A stretch of 64,000 bases of DNA from assembly GCF_009914755.1 (NCBI RefSeq), contig NC_060933.1; one strand, written 5' to 3'. The DNA is from the human T2T-CHM13v2.0 reference genome, Homo sapiens. Position 1 is the stretch's first letter. Every line of letters begins with the position of its first letter. The position numbers and the translations under genes were made by a program. This document shows, in pieces, positions 13,388-26,871 of this stretch. The notes under the pieces are model-generated. The model was given only the letters and a program-made list of their open reading frames with translations. It did no database searches and was not told where the DNA came from.

Positions 13388-16300
13388 AGGGAGGCCTGGG
13401 CCGAGGGCGGATCCAGGAGGCTCCTGGGCTGGAGCAGGCAGCGACCGGAGGCCGCAGGCCGTCTGCCCGCCTCAGGCCCGTAGGCTGCGTCTCCCCTCCC
13501 TGGGCCCTGTCCCCTGCAGGGCCAGAGAGGCCGCGGCCTCTGCCCAGTGGTACTGGGGGAAAAAGGAAGCCGCGAAGCGGGTCCTGGGGAAGAGCTCACC
13601 TGCTCCTGAGGGAAGTGGCGACAAGATGGCGCTTTCAGGTGGAGCTGGACGCCGACTCACTCTGCTCCTTGGGTCTCCGCCTTTCTAAGGCCACCTCCTG
13701 CTGGCACCACTCCGGGCCTACTTCCCGCACAGACTGCGGGTCAAAGGGAGCGGGATGCTGGCCGGCGGCACCTGGCTTTTTGGAAAGAGCAGGAAGGAGC
13801 GTGATTCCCAGGCAGCTGCTCATCCCAACAGCTTTAAGCTTTGGTTGTGATTGTTTTTACACCTATGACAAATGATATGGCCAGACACACCACAATGTCT
13901 GAACAAATTAGAGAGGAGCAGGACCCTGCGGACAGGCTGTGGCCCAAACAGTGGCTGCCAAGCAGACGGAGCCTGCACCAATGAAAATATGACCAGGCAA
14001 GGAAGTGAGTGCTCCCTCAGGCACTGACCGAACTCATAAGTACCCACTCCATTTGGCCAAAGAAGCCCCCATACTCTCCGTGAAACAGATTTCCAGAAGC
14101 TGTTGTGCCAATAACGAAGTCTCAAAAACAAATAAAAATAACAAACAAAACCCACACAAAACCACCAATACTGAAGATCATTCTTGAGTCTGATTTGCAA
14201 ACTATGGGTTTGCAATGGGTTTGCAAACTGTGTGTTGCAAGGGTCCGAGTCTGCAGAGGCATTCCAGTGACAAGATACCGCCTTCACAGCCAGATCCGTA
14301 GGTCCCATCCATCATGCCAGGGAAAATGCTCCATTCACCGCGCCTCAGCTTCTGGTTCTGGTTTCAGAGTTCTCTCTGTATTGGAGGGGTTTTAAAGCTA
14401 GAGGGGCCTTTACCCACTTACTCCTATTCACGGATCTGAATATGGAGGTCAAGAGGGGAAAGTGACAAGTCCGAAGTCAGAGTAGATGAAGAAAACAGCC
14501 CCTTCTTCAAGGAGCTCCATCTAGCAAGGGAGACAAACTCTTTGCAGGCAGGACCAGGCTTCCCTGCTGCAGAAGGAAACTTAAAATTGGGGTAATGAGC
14601 CCCACCAGGGATGGGCCGCCACGCTGCCCTGAGAGGATCGTGTGTGGACTTAGGGCTAGACATGGCGCTACTTTGATCCCTCAGCTGTGCTGTAGGGCCG
14701 GGTGGGGCCTGGAGTGTCCTGAGCTAAGGGCTGCCAGGAGCTCTTTTCACTCCCCTAAGGCCCTGCAAAAGTAATGCCACTTTCAATTTGCACAGCGAAA
14801 TCAGGGACACACTTTTCTAACACACGGGATGCCTCCCCTTCCCCCAGCCCAACGGACGATCTACCCTGTTGGTGGTGGGCCCTTGTTTCTGTTAGGCACG
14901 GAACTCTCCGCAGGGTTCCAAGTGGTCCGTTGTGGCCCACAGGCCACTAGCAAGTGGAGGCAGTGCTGCAGAGCCCTTGGGAGCCACGGAGGGCCTGCTG
15001 CCCACCACACAATGCCTGTTCAGCTGCTGCTGGCCACCCTGTGGGCAGCAGTGATAGTGATGTACAGAATCCTGGGACTAGCGCCAGCGACCCTGTGGAT
15101 ACCCTGGGTGGTCCAGGTATGCACTGCCGTGGTGGCCTTTGTGGTCAGGAGAGGACACTCAGTGAGAATAAGGGAGGAGCTAGCACAAAGGGATTCAGCC
15201 CAGGGCGAGGTCCATGAAAAGACCAGAGCCAAGATGCAGCCAGCACCCCAGGCTGGCGCAGGCCTCATGTCACCCAGGCTAGAAGCCAGTCATTGATCAC
15301 CCCAAACCCTCTGCTTCAGGGTTGTAAAGGAAATAAGCAGGTCTTCCCATCCCAATAAGATGGTCTTCCCATCTAGGAGAGCTTCTGAAAAGAGCATGAA
15401 AAAGCAGGCCTCCTGAACTCCCATGCGCAACTGATGCAAGGCACATCCTACACCCTTCACCACATGGTGGAGAAGATCTTTAGGAGCAAAGAACAAATGA
15501 TATGAATGACCACACTGACTGTCAGCAAACTGCAGAGCTGCTTAACCAAGAAATAGCGAGACTGAAGCAACGCTTGCAGTCAAAGAAGGAGAAGGCGGAA
15601 AGGCCAGAGCAGGGCAAGGCAGGAATCAAACAGGCCACAAATGTTGCAGTGAGGTAACTGACTTCCCCAGCCCACACCCCGATGAGCATCCTGCATCTGC
15701 TCCAGGGCAGTAGAGACCACGTGGAGGATGAGGACTTAGCAGTGGAGGGGAACAGGAAAGCAGAACATACTGGTTCCCCAGCGTCCCAGCCACAAGTCCC
15801 TCTGAAGAGTATGGATGACAATGGTGACTTAGGTCCATCCTTCAAATGTCCTGAAGGGGAGATTGGAACAGCAGATGTACAATTGTGGGAAGAATTAACA
15901 AGGAGTAAAGAACGCATAACACAAGACCAAAGTCTGACCAGAGCAGGCCTCTCTGCAGGACAAGGGCACAGCCATGGAGGGAGCTCCTGAAGCTGCAGCT
16001 GAGGCTTCCCGCTCTGCCTGAACTACACTGAGAATGCATGATGGGGCCTCAGTGGGAGGACGCCTACTGCCTGGACCTCAAGCAAAGGCTTCCCAAGGTG
16101 TGCGGGTACTTGAACTGCGTGTGTCAAGACTCACAACTGCTACAAGAAGATGGCCCAATACCTGGTCCAGGTAATCAAAGAAAGACACTTGTAGTTTTCA
16201 GAAGGTGATCTTCTTCCAAGAGAAAAGGGCCCAGGAAGGATGGATGGTGGCCACATCCCCTGAAAGAGCACTCCAGGTGCTCTAGAAAGAAAATTACCCC

Positions 16301-16712
16301 AACAGGCTGAAGCCAGCTGACTGTGAGGCCAAGTTCCAACCTTTCCTGAAAGGTCCTTTGGCTCCTGAGGTTCTGTCTGCAGCCCGCAGGGGTCCAGAAG
16401 TGCCAGGGAGACAGTGGGCTGCCAGGAGCCCCAGGAAGGAGGCAGGTCATGATGGGAAGGCTTGGGTCCAGAGCACCTGCTCGTTTGATTCTCTTTTCCC
16501 TGTAGCCAGGTCCTGAATGCCCAGAGACACCGCAGAACATCAGCTGGTGCTGCCCCCTTTAAAGCACTTTTGATTGACCTATTGTTAGTTTAGCTACTGT
16601 TCATTAGTTGACGCTGAAATTGCTCTTATTGAAGTTTGACAGGTAGCATTAGAATTGTACTATTTTAGGTACTATTTTTCAAATAAAGATTATTGAATAT
16701 AAAAAAATAAAG
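13388..16712 (+). pseudogene. Processed (L1-retrotransposed) copy of an unidentified transcript, ~3.3 kb, no intact long ORF
   Basis: GC/CpG-rich 5' end, GC-rich body and AT-rich 3' end. AATAAA at 16682-16687 and A-rich tail at 16701-16711. Flanking direct repeats taaagtgaaag (13377-13387) and taaagcgaaag (16713-16723) differ by one CpG-type transition. Confidence 0.7.
13390..13780. promoter_or_regulatory. Small CpG-island-like, promoter-like segment
   Basis: About 25 CpGs in ~390 bp (hand count). YY1-type CAAGATGGCG at 13622-13631 and ETS-type GGAAGTG at 13611-13617. Confidence 0.55.
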
Positions 16713-17499
16713 TAAAGCGAAAGGGCCCTTGTGGTGCTGGAAACCTGATTCCTAAATGTCAAAGTTATTCACAAGTCCTCATTTGTTGACTCATCATCAC
16801 GTCCATTTCCCTTTCATTTTTTACCTTTTTTTCTCTTTTCACTGTCTTTCTGGTCTACAGAGATACTTTTATCTACTTTCTGCAATCAATATGGCTCAGC
16901 ATTTACTAAAATGGGTTTCTGAAGGACTAGAGTATTCGTTAAATGTTAAAAGTACTTAGTGGTCATACATTTGAGCATCACTAGCAAGCAAGGGTCACCA
17001 GTGGCTCCCTAAGAGAACCTTTAGGGGCAAGATGCTGAGTAGCACTAAGGATCTTTCAAGAGTATGCAGGCCATATCTCCAGGCCTCTGGTCCACAGAAG
17101 CCTTCTTTTAAAGACATAGCACTCTATGAAACTCAAAGTGGAAAATGCAACTGTAGTCAAAAATTGTCAGTGATTTATGCTAAATGTTGCCTCGATTCTT
17201 CTCACAATTCATATATTTCATCTCATAGAATTTTTTTTCTTTTCCTAGTCTACACAGTAAGTCCCCACTCTGATGTGCTGTTCAGTTCAAGTTTTTGCAA
17301 AGCCGTAAAAACAGCCCCACAAAGCAACAAAGCAAAGCACAGATGAGAGAGCACGGAGGATAGCATTGAGAGGGATGCCCCTGTTTGGCCTGGCATCCAC
17401 ACACCCCTGACAGATGTACATGTGTACATCTCAGCAGGATGGCAGAACATCAGTAGTGTCCCATCACTCTCAGATCTTAGATGAGTGCAGAGGCCCAGG

Positions 17500-18040
17500 A
17501 CTGCTCCATACTGATCCAGGATGCAAGATGTTGCTTGCTAGTATTGAAACCAACAACTTTCCTCTCCGTGTTCCTATATAATTTTGGATCAAACATATTT
17601 TCTTGTTTTTGTGCCAAACATTTCTAGCACAAAGATACTTTCTCATTTCTGTGCTAAATAATACTGGGATCAGGCAAAATTAACATGGCTACTTGCTGTA
17701 CGAAGTAGTTGCTTGACCGATGAAATAGTTAGCTATCAATACCAGCCTCTTATAATATCAATACTTTCTTCTGGACCCTTACCTGGCTATGCACACCAAT
17801 CCAACTTATTGGTCATAACCTCTGTCCAACCCCAACCAGTTCCTCTTCTGAAATACTGCCTTTAAGTCACCCAGCCTAGTCTGTAAAACTCTATAAACCT
17901 CTTGCCCTTACTTCCCCCTTTGGAGACACTGTGACTCTCGGGGTGGTGGTTTCCCATACTGCAATAAATCTAACAAAATTAGCTTTGCTTGATCAACAGG
18001 AATTTTGAGAGTGGTCTGTTTTGGGGACTGGACAGCTGAC
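17500..18040 (+). mobile_element. ERV1-type solo LTR (MER34/39-like)
   Basis: ctataaa...ccctttggagacactg...gcaataaatctaacaaaattagctttgcttgatcaacagg. Confidence 0.5.
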
Positions 18041-19764
18041 ATTTGAGGACTGTGAACCCTACCATTAATATGACAGCACACAAATATGTGAATACTCACT
18101 TTGGTTTAATGGACTGACGTATTAAAATGATCTTGAAATTGGTCATTAATATGACATTAGAGGGACCATGAATCCTATATGCCCTATGTTTTTCAGGCCC
18201 TCTCAAGACGTGGGAGTCTTAGTCCCTAATTGAGCAAGATTTAGGAAAGAGTAAGTCAAGGACATCGGGCTCTAGATAATTATGCAAAGGCTAGTGACAT
18301 GAACCATGACCTAGCCCTGCCCAGCCCACCCTCAGCAGGCCATTTTACACCATCCTTTTAAAATCACCTACAGGAGAAGTGACGATGGGCAGAGGACCCA
18401 GGACATTCCACGCAGCCTTCTCAGTTTCAGCAGAATGTTCTTCTCAGTAAAAGGCTTAAGTGGAGAATTAACTTTTATAGCAGTGTCTTCCATAAGGAAA
18501 AACAAAAAGCTATTTCTAGTAACCTTAGTTAAGGTGTGAATGTCTGTGTGTGTGCACGGGGTTGTGGGTCTAGTGCACAACCACATGCACATAGGGAGCA
18601 GGTGTCAACAATCTCAACTCATGAAAGTTTTCTGAAGTTACCACAGTGAAGAGGAGACTATTTAATGACCACTAAAGTGATATAGTACTGTGATTACAGT
18701 AAGACTGTGCCTGGCTTTGACCACAGTATAATTTTCTTTATTGAAACCATAAATTTGTTGATCTTTCTCACATAATGGAACGTGAATGTATGAGCTTGGA
18801 AGCCGTCTAATTATAAAAGAGAATAATTTAAAATAGCCATAATTAATTGATAGTCTGCTATGTGATAGTCTGCTATGTGCCATGAAACTTGCAAACATTA
18901 TCTCAAGTCCTCTAAACCAGTGCTTCTCAGACTTACTGTGCTTGAGGATCCCCTGGGGATCCTGTTAAGGTGCAGATTCTGGCAAAGTAGCTACAGAGTT
19001 GGGCCTGGGAGATTTTGTGGGGATGGAACTATTCTGTGTCCCAATTGTTATGGGGATTACAGGAATCTAATCATGTCTTCAAATTCATAGAACTATATGC
19101 CAAAAAATGTCACTACATGATACATTTTGAAAAATAAAATGTAAAGTCACATACATAAAAAAAGTATCAATGTCTCCTGAAGTAAGACCCTGAAAACTTC
19201 ATAATATCGTTATGTAATAAACCTTCCAAAAAATGTTGAACAGGAATCTAGTCATGAGGAAACAGCTCATATTGCAAGACATTCTACAAAACAACCAGTC
19301 CAGATTCTGCAAAATCGTCAATACCATTGGAGGGAAATAAGCAAAAAGGCTGAGAACTACTCCGATTTAGGAGACTAAATATGGAGACACGACACTGCAT
19401 GCAACGTGGGATGCTTGATGGGTCTTATATTGGGGAAAAGCCCGGCAGTAAGAGACATTGTTGGCATAAAAGGGGAAATGTGGACATGAACTCTGTGTTA
19501 GGTAAAGTATATGGCAACTTTAAATCACCTGAATGTCATCAGTTTACTGTTTATAAAGGAGAGGTGATTGTCTTCAATTCAAGCTGAAATAGTCAGGGTC
19601 AACATGATGATGTGTACAACTCATGTCCAAATAATCCAGCAGAACATGTGTATGGAGGGTTTCAAACCCAGCAGGACGTTAATGCAGGGGAAGGGCCCAT
19701 GGGTGTGCATTATACTATTCTTGCAGCTAATCAGGAGACCTGACATTTTTCAAAATAAAAGTTG

Positions 19765-20168
19765 GTGTATTCATTTCCTATGACTACTGTAACACACTAC
19801 CACAAACTAAGTGGCTTAAAACAACACATTCATTATCTTACAGTTCTGGAGATCAGAAGTTCAAAATGGGTTTTATGGGCTAAGACTAAGGTGTTGGCAG
19901 AGCTGCCCTCCTTCTGGAGGCTCAAGGAGAGATCCATCTTCTCGCAGTTTCCTGCTTCTCCTTGCTTGTCACCCCTTCCTCATCACATTTCCTGTTTGTC
20001 TCTCTCTTCTAACAACCCTGTGTTTACGCTGGGCCCTACTGGATAATCCAGAATAACCTCCGCATCTTAAGCACAACTGCAAAGTCCCTTTTACCATGTA
20101 AACTAGCATTCACAGATTCCAGGGATTAGGATGTGGACATCTTTGGGGGCCATTATTCAGCCTACCAT
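19765..20168 (-). mobile_element. MaLR LTR (MLT1B/C-type)
   Basis: taccacaaactaagtggcttaaaacaacac...cagggattaggatgtggacatctttgggggccattattcagcctacca. Confidence 0.8.
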
Positions 20169-20219
20169 GGGTGCCAAGTGAGTTTTCCAATCCTTATGAA
20201 AATGTTTAAAGGGAGAAAT

Positions 20220-20720
20220 AAGATAATGTTTTGAATAAAATGCATGTGAAAATACAACATCAAAATTTGTGAGATGTAACAAGAGTAGTGTTTAGAAAGA
20301 CATTTATAAACATAAGGCTTATATTACAGAAGAAGAAAGGCATCAAGTCAATAATAAGCTTCCACCTTATGAAACAGAAAAGTAAGAGAGAAATAAACCC
20401 AAATACCCCAGTGAAGAAGAAGGAAGGAATTAATAAAGATCAAAGCAGAAATCAATGAAAATCAAAATCAGATATAGGGAAAATTAATTGAACCAAACAG
20501 TGATCTTTGCAACTATAAAACTGGTAAATCTCTGGAAGAGCTGATGAGAAAGAGAGAGAGAAGACACAAATTACCAACACAAGAAGGAGTGAGTGGATAT
20601 CACTACAGACCCCACAGACATTAAAAGAATAATAAAGGAACACCATCAACAACCCTATGGATGTAAATTAAACTTAGTCAAAATTGAACAGTTCCTCAAA
20701 AACCTACCCAATATGAAATA
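20220..20720 (+). mobile_element. L1 ORF2 fragment (degenerate)
   Basis: atcaaagcagaaatcaatgaa and atatcactacagaccccacagacattaaaagaataataa. Confidence 0.75.
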
Positions 20721-22059
20721 AAGTTTTGCCCACTGTGATGTGCAAAGCAGAATGAAGGAAGGAAAATGTTTGGTAGAAAGAGGCACTGGTAGGAAGAGAA
20801 TAATGATGTGGCAGGAGGCTGAGTTACAGTGGGAAGGGAACGATGGTGCAGAAACTCATGTGAACAGTGTGGCACATCAAGATATCAACCAATAAATATT
20901 CATGAACATGGATTCAAAGTGTAGTCCTAAGACAAAAAGAAAATTTTTATCTAAAATAACGTAGAGTCTCTTGTGCCTTTTCCTGATTTGTTACAGCTTT
21001 CTAAATTGCTTATATCATGCTAGAGGCATAATTCTTAATTTAATGAATTCCATCATTCTGGAAAGTAAGAGTTTTTAATGCTGAAATAGAGTAGATCATT
21101 TGGGAACAAGTTCAGAATACAAAACAAATTTTAACTTCTTTCTGAGACAAGCATATCAATAAAATTCTGTTATATAATGAAACATATCATTTTAATTAGT
21201 AAAATATATTAATTTCCATTAAAGATGTCAAATATGCAAGACTATAAAAATAGAATGTAAAAAAAGAATTTGCCATTTTCCAAAGTCAAATGTAAATTAT
21301 TATATTTCCTTCTTTCTGTTCTTCAACACTAAAGATAAATAGTAATGTTTTATCTTTGCAGGAATAATACTTTTATTCTCATTTCTCTTTTGTATCTGGG
21401 ATATATGGTGGTTCTTGGGAAATTTTGCTTCTGTCTCTAGCATTCTTAAAAAGTTATTGAACTCATTTCTCTCTCTTCAGTAGATTAACACCCAGAATAT
21501 TTCATGGACGTACACTGTGCTCTGGTATTGAATGAGATGGTACCAACATCTTCAGAAAAACCTTAAACATGAAACTGCATCTGCCCCCCATTGCCCCCCA
21601 CAACACAGTCTGCACTTTTGGACCAAGTTGTATTGTCAAGTTCACCGGAGTGTTATGACTACTGTTCTTAAAGAATTAAGGTTGGAAACATTTCAGAAGG
21701 TTTACAATACATCACATCACATCCTAAAGTATTTTTAATTATTTGAATCATAGATGTTCTTATTTTAATGTACACTGGGCACAATTTTTATTTCATTTTG
21801 AAGCTGAGTCTGTTGGACAAGGGCTAGTGGTTCACCAATAGTTTCAATAATAGTGATTGTTTAACATTTGGATATCTGTTAAATTTTCTATTGTAACTTT
21901 TAATGTTATTTACATGGGATAGCTGTATTCACATGGTGTTCTAAAATATTATCGCTATTACGTTTTAAAATGACAGGAATTTGAGGCTCCTCAGACATCT
22001 TCACAGAAAAATAGCACCAAATGAGCAGCAGCAATTGGATTAGTTAGCTTCACACTGCC

Positions 22060-22830
22060 TTTAACATTTTTTAAAAACATAATTATAGATACAAGGGAAG
22101 TTGCAAAGAAATATGCCAAGACATTCTGAACACTCTTCACCCAGGCTCCTCCATCTTTTGCAATTATAATACAATACTAAAACTTGTTGACATTGGTACA
22201 ATCCTTGGGATTTATTCAGATTTCACAAAGTATATATGCACCACGCACATGAGTCTGGGTGTGTGTGTAGCTTTGTGCAATGTTATCAACATGTGTAGAT
22301 TAACGTAACTACCACCACAAAAAACCTACTCAATCTGATAGTCACAACAACCCCTCCTCCCTATCTCTAATATCGGGCTGCCACTAACCTATTCATGGTC
22401 ATTCAATGTCCATGGTTATGTTATGAATGTTATCTAAAAGGAATCACCTCTGTATATCCTTTTGAGATTGGCTTTCATCACGCAGCATAATTTCCTTGAG
22501 GTCCATCTCAGCTATTGTATCATTCACCTGTTTCTTTCTATTGCCGGGTAGTATTTCATGGTATGGATGTATTAGGTTGGTGCAAAAGTAATTGCAATTT
22601 CTGCCACTGCAAGTCATGAAAACAGCAATTACTTTTGCAGCAACTCAGTAGAACATTTTGTTTAACCATTTATCCCCTGAAGGACATTTGAGTAATTTTC
22701 GGTGTGGGGCTATTACAAATAGAGCTGTTTTGTATATTTGTGTACAAGTGTCTGCATAAAAGTAAGTTTTCAATTCTCTGTGATAATTCCCAAAAGTGCA
22801 ATTGCTGGGTCTTAGGGGAAGTCTATTTCA
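22060..22830 (-). mobile_element. Old L1 3' end (L1MD-like), interrupted by MADE1
   Basis: ttttgagattggctt...gtagtatttcatggtatggatgta | ...tttaaccattt...aagtgcaattgctggg. Confidence 0.65.
22572..22648. mobile_element. MADE1 (Hsmar1-derived MITE)
   Basis: TIRs ttaggttggtgcaaaagtaattgc and gcaattacttttgcagcaactc, ~80 bp, TA on both flanks. Confidence 0.9.
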
Positions 22831-23492
22831 TATTCTTTGGCATATAAAAAATTTCATATATGTTGCTGGCACCAGGTCTTCACAAGGTAAACTCAAAAAG
22901 ATGCAATAAAGAAATATCTTTGTTTTAGGATGCACGTTGGCACCTCTGCATAAGGTATGAGGTTTTTATCCGCATCCATAGACTTTACAGAGAGGGTCTT
23001 CCCCTCCCTTCTAACAAGGTGTTTGGTGTTGGTGGGAGGACAGGGAAAGAAACAAAGAGAGGGAAGAGTTTTCTCCTTGTTGAAATAGGGATTGTTGCAT
23101 ATGTGCTTTCAGAAATAAGGCTGAAAAGCCCATCAGTCTCAGCTTGACACAAAGAAGATGCTCTCATATTTTGTGAGACTGTAAGCCTTCTTTCCTGCAG
23201 GTGGCCTCAGGTCTGTGGAGGGTCTCATTACTCAATGCATCCTGACTCCATCAGGTTCAATCTGATGGGTTTCTCCTGGGGAAATAAATGAGACTTATCT
23301 TTTTGCTCTTATTTTTTTAAAACGGCTGGAAACAAAGTCTGGATGGCACCAACCTTTTTAAGCTGGGCTTCACCAGTGCTCATGCGGGGACCCTGTTTAT
23401 AGGACCAGAAACTACGGTAATTCTTAGCCTTTACACCCTGGTTATGCCTCAGTGCCACCACCTCCCCCAGCACCCTCCTTCATCCCTTCTGA

Positions 23493-23826
<334 letters not shown>

Positions 23827-26417
23827 AAGACTCAATCTTCTTGCCTTTCATTCATAACACGGGCATCATCCACTCTAACCCTGGGGGTTCCTCCACCTAA
23901 ACTGTGTGTAGAATGGGACAGATGCCCATAGATCCATTTCTTAACTAGATCCACAGAATTTGGTGAAGCGAAGATTCAAAGTTCACAAACAACTCCTCTC
24001 TATTTTCTCTAGGTTCCTCTGTTGCCTACCTGTTGTCATTCCCTTATTATTATTATTTGTATTTACTACAACTTCTTTGAAATAGAAAGTGAAGATACTC
24101 ATTTTGAGTGATGTAAAAAGAAAAATTCATTTTCTATAAAACTCAAAGGTCGTTTTCACTTGCCATTGAAACTTCCTAACTACTATAGCTGAAGCTTGCT
24201 TTTCACCTTTGCAGCCATATCATATTTCTCAAGGAGCTCACCAATTCCTATTACATTTATTGACTACATTCTATAAGAAACTAATATTAATAAGGAATTT
24301 CCAGTCAGATATTCATGGTGCTATCAGTCCACCATGTCATTAATATCTTTCAAACTGGGCGGATTATTTTGGTATTTTGGTGCACCTATCTACCTGTTTT
24401 TCCCACATAGGTGGAACTTGCATTTATGAAGAAGTGTGGGTACTATTGCCATGGTTAAGCGTGTTTTTGCAGCTTGCAGAGGATGACTGTATGCAATACA
24501 ATGTATCACTAGTACCATTCTCTTTTTAAATCAAGTTTCTTTTTTCTGTACTTGATTTCTGACTGGTTTCCATTTCCCACTTTTTATTTTTTTGTTTGTT
24601 TGTTTTGGAGGTTGCAAGAGGTAGAAATACAAGTATTGTCAAATTTTGCCAGGGTTTCCATGGCTGCTAACTGCATTCATGTTTTTTTCTTGATACTGCA
24701 TAATAAAGTAGATATGATGTACATAATTTCAAATGCCATCTAATTATGTTTCCCCATAGAGTTAGACGATGTGGAGGCTAAGTAAGTCTCTTTTCATTCA
24801 GATGATCTAGAATTCTTTTTCTTAAAAATGGTCCCCCCTTCCTCCAACCAATCACCATGGCAACAAGTTCCAATATCTAGAATTCACTCTCCGCCTGGAT
24901 GCTGCTCCAGCCTTGGATGCACCCTGGGACCTCATTAAAACCACCTACCTTTGCCTCACCTTTCCCACCTTAGCTGGTGCTTTTATTAACAGGAAATTAA
25001 AATATCTTTCCTCTATCTAACTCATATAGGGATATTTCTGCCTCCAAAATCTTATGCAATGGGACTTCCTTCAGCAAGCTCTTCTGATGAGACTTTGATT
25101 ATGATCTTATCTAAATACACAGCCAGTTGGATGCTGCATGAAATTGAACATAATTGAACAAAATAACTGGTGAATGTAGACCAAAATGGCAGGGGTGATT
25201 GGCTATGCAGACAGCATCTTACCCAAATGGTACATGGTCTCATTTTCTACTCTCAGTAGAGAGGCTTTTTTGTCCTCCTTTGAAAGTGCATATTCTCAGT
25301 AAAAACTATGAATTCTATGAGGATAGAATCCACCAATAGAAGGATTAATTCCAGTTTCCCATTGTATTTTCACTGACTTTCAATGGAGACCCTGTACCCA
25401 GCTAGAATGCTGGATGTTTGGGTGATCATTAGTGCTAATCATAGCTATTTCCTTCTTCACTGGCTTCCTCCCTCTAGGAACATGGTGGGACTGTATTTTC
25501 TGGCTCTTTTGAGCTTGGGCAAAGACATGTGACTAATTCTGGCCAATTACTTATGGACAGAAACAATGTGTGTCATTTCATTCCAGAGAATAAAGGCTAC
25601 ATTAGCATCTTAGATCCTGTTGGAGGAGTGCCCCAGCTAAGGAACAGAGGAAAAGCAGCAGGACAAGAAATGAAATTTTGTTGTTTTTAGGCACTGATAT
25701 TTGGGGCTGTTTGTTATCACCATATAACATAGGCTATGCTGACTGGTATGATAAGGAAGTTCAGTTCTTCAGAACTATTTTCAGACTTACTTCCAGAATT
25801 GTTTTCTGACACTAGGCAGAGTTAGTTACATTTAATGAGCAGAGGAGAGGCCAGGAGAAGGAATTCATCCAAGTCACATTTAAAGGCAAGAACAACTCCA
25901 CATTACAGTTACATGAAGTGGGGCAGCCAAGGCCTAAACAGTGCCTTGTGGCTCATGGCACTCATGGGTCCAGTGATCCTCAGCTAGAGTCTCATTTCTT
26001 CCTGGAGGATGAGAGAAGTTTGATTCCTACCAGAATTCAAATGGAATCTATTCAATTTGACCAAAAAATGGCACAGATAATTCTGAAACAACACCTACAA
26101 CATTTCCCCTGCTGTCCCCTGTTGCTGCTTAATGGAGACTATAAACCCAGATAGAATGCTGGGATGCTGTGTGGCCATTATTTTCTCCACTTGAGTCAAT
26201 AAATTTTGGTGTTAAATTATATAGCAAAATAGTAAAAATGTACTTCTACTAAGAGACTGATAAGTTCCTTACTGCCATACATAGGGTCAGATTTTCCAGT
26301 GTGCTAAACTCTCTTAAACTCTCCTGAGACTTCACTCTTGATAAGTGAATAGGCTTTTTTTCCTTCTCAGATCACTTATGCCATGCTTTGCTCATACTTC
26401 ATACACAATTAAGATGA

Positions 26418-26871
26418 TGAATCAGTTAGGGTTTATACAGGGACAGAACAAATGGAATATATATATATATATATATAATATAAAGGGGAGTTTATTAATT
26501 ATTAAGTCACATGATCTCAAGATCCCACAATAGACTATCTACAGGCTGAGGAGCAAGGAGAGCCAGTCTGAGTTCCAAAACCAAAGAACTTGAAGTCCAA
26601 TGTTCAAGTGCAGGAAGCACCCAGCACAGGAGAAAGATGCAGGCTAGAAGGCTAGGCCAGTCTCTCTTTTCAAGTTTTTCTGCCCACTTATATTCTAGCC
26701 TTGCTGGCAGCTGATTAGATGGTGCCCACCCAGATTAAGGGTGGGTCTGCCTTTCCCAGCCCACTAACTCAAATGTTAATCTCTTTTGGCAACACCCTCA
26801 CAGACACACCCAGGACCAATATTTTGTATCTTTCAATCCAATGAAGTTGACTCTCAGTATTAACCATCACA
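26418..26871 (-). mobile_element. ERVL LTR (MLT2A-type) with internal (TA)n
   Basis: gggacagaac...ggagcaaggagagccagtctgagttccaaaa...cagattaagggtgggtctgcc...ctcagtattaaccatcaca. Confidence 0.85.

Noticed and set aside
14192-14240. Repeated tttgcaa motifs in the retrocopy
   Set aside because: Consistent with simple slippage duplication. No evidence of function.
15170-15245. Faint resemblance of GGASTKGFSPGR..KDQS to PPP1R26 as the retrocopy parent
   Set aside because: Only a few residues recalled from memory, and I saw no other matching segment. Insufficient to name a parent.
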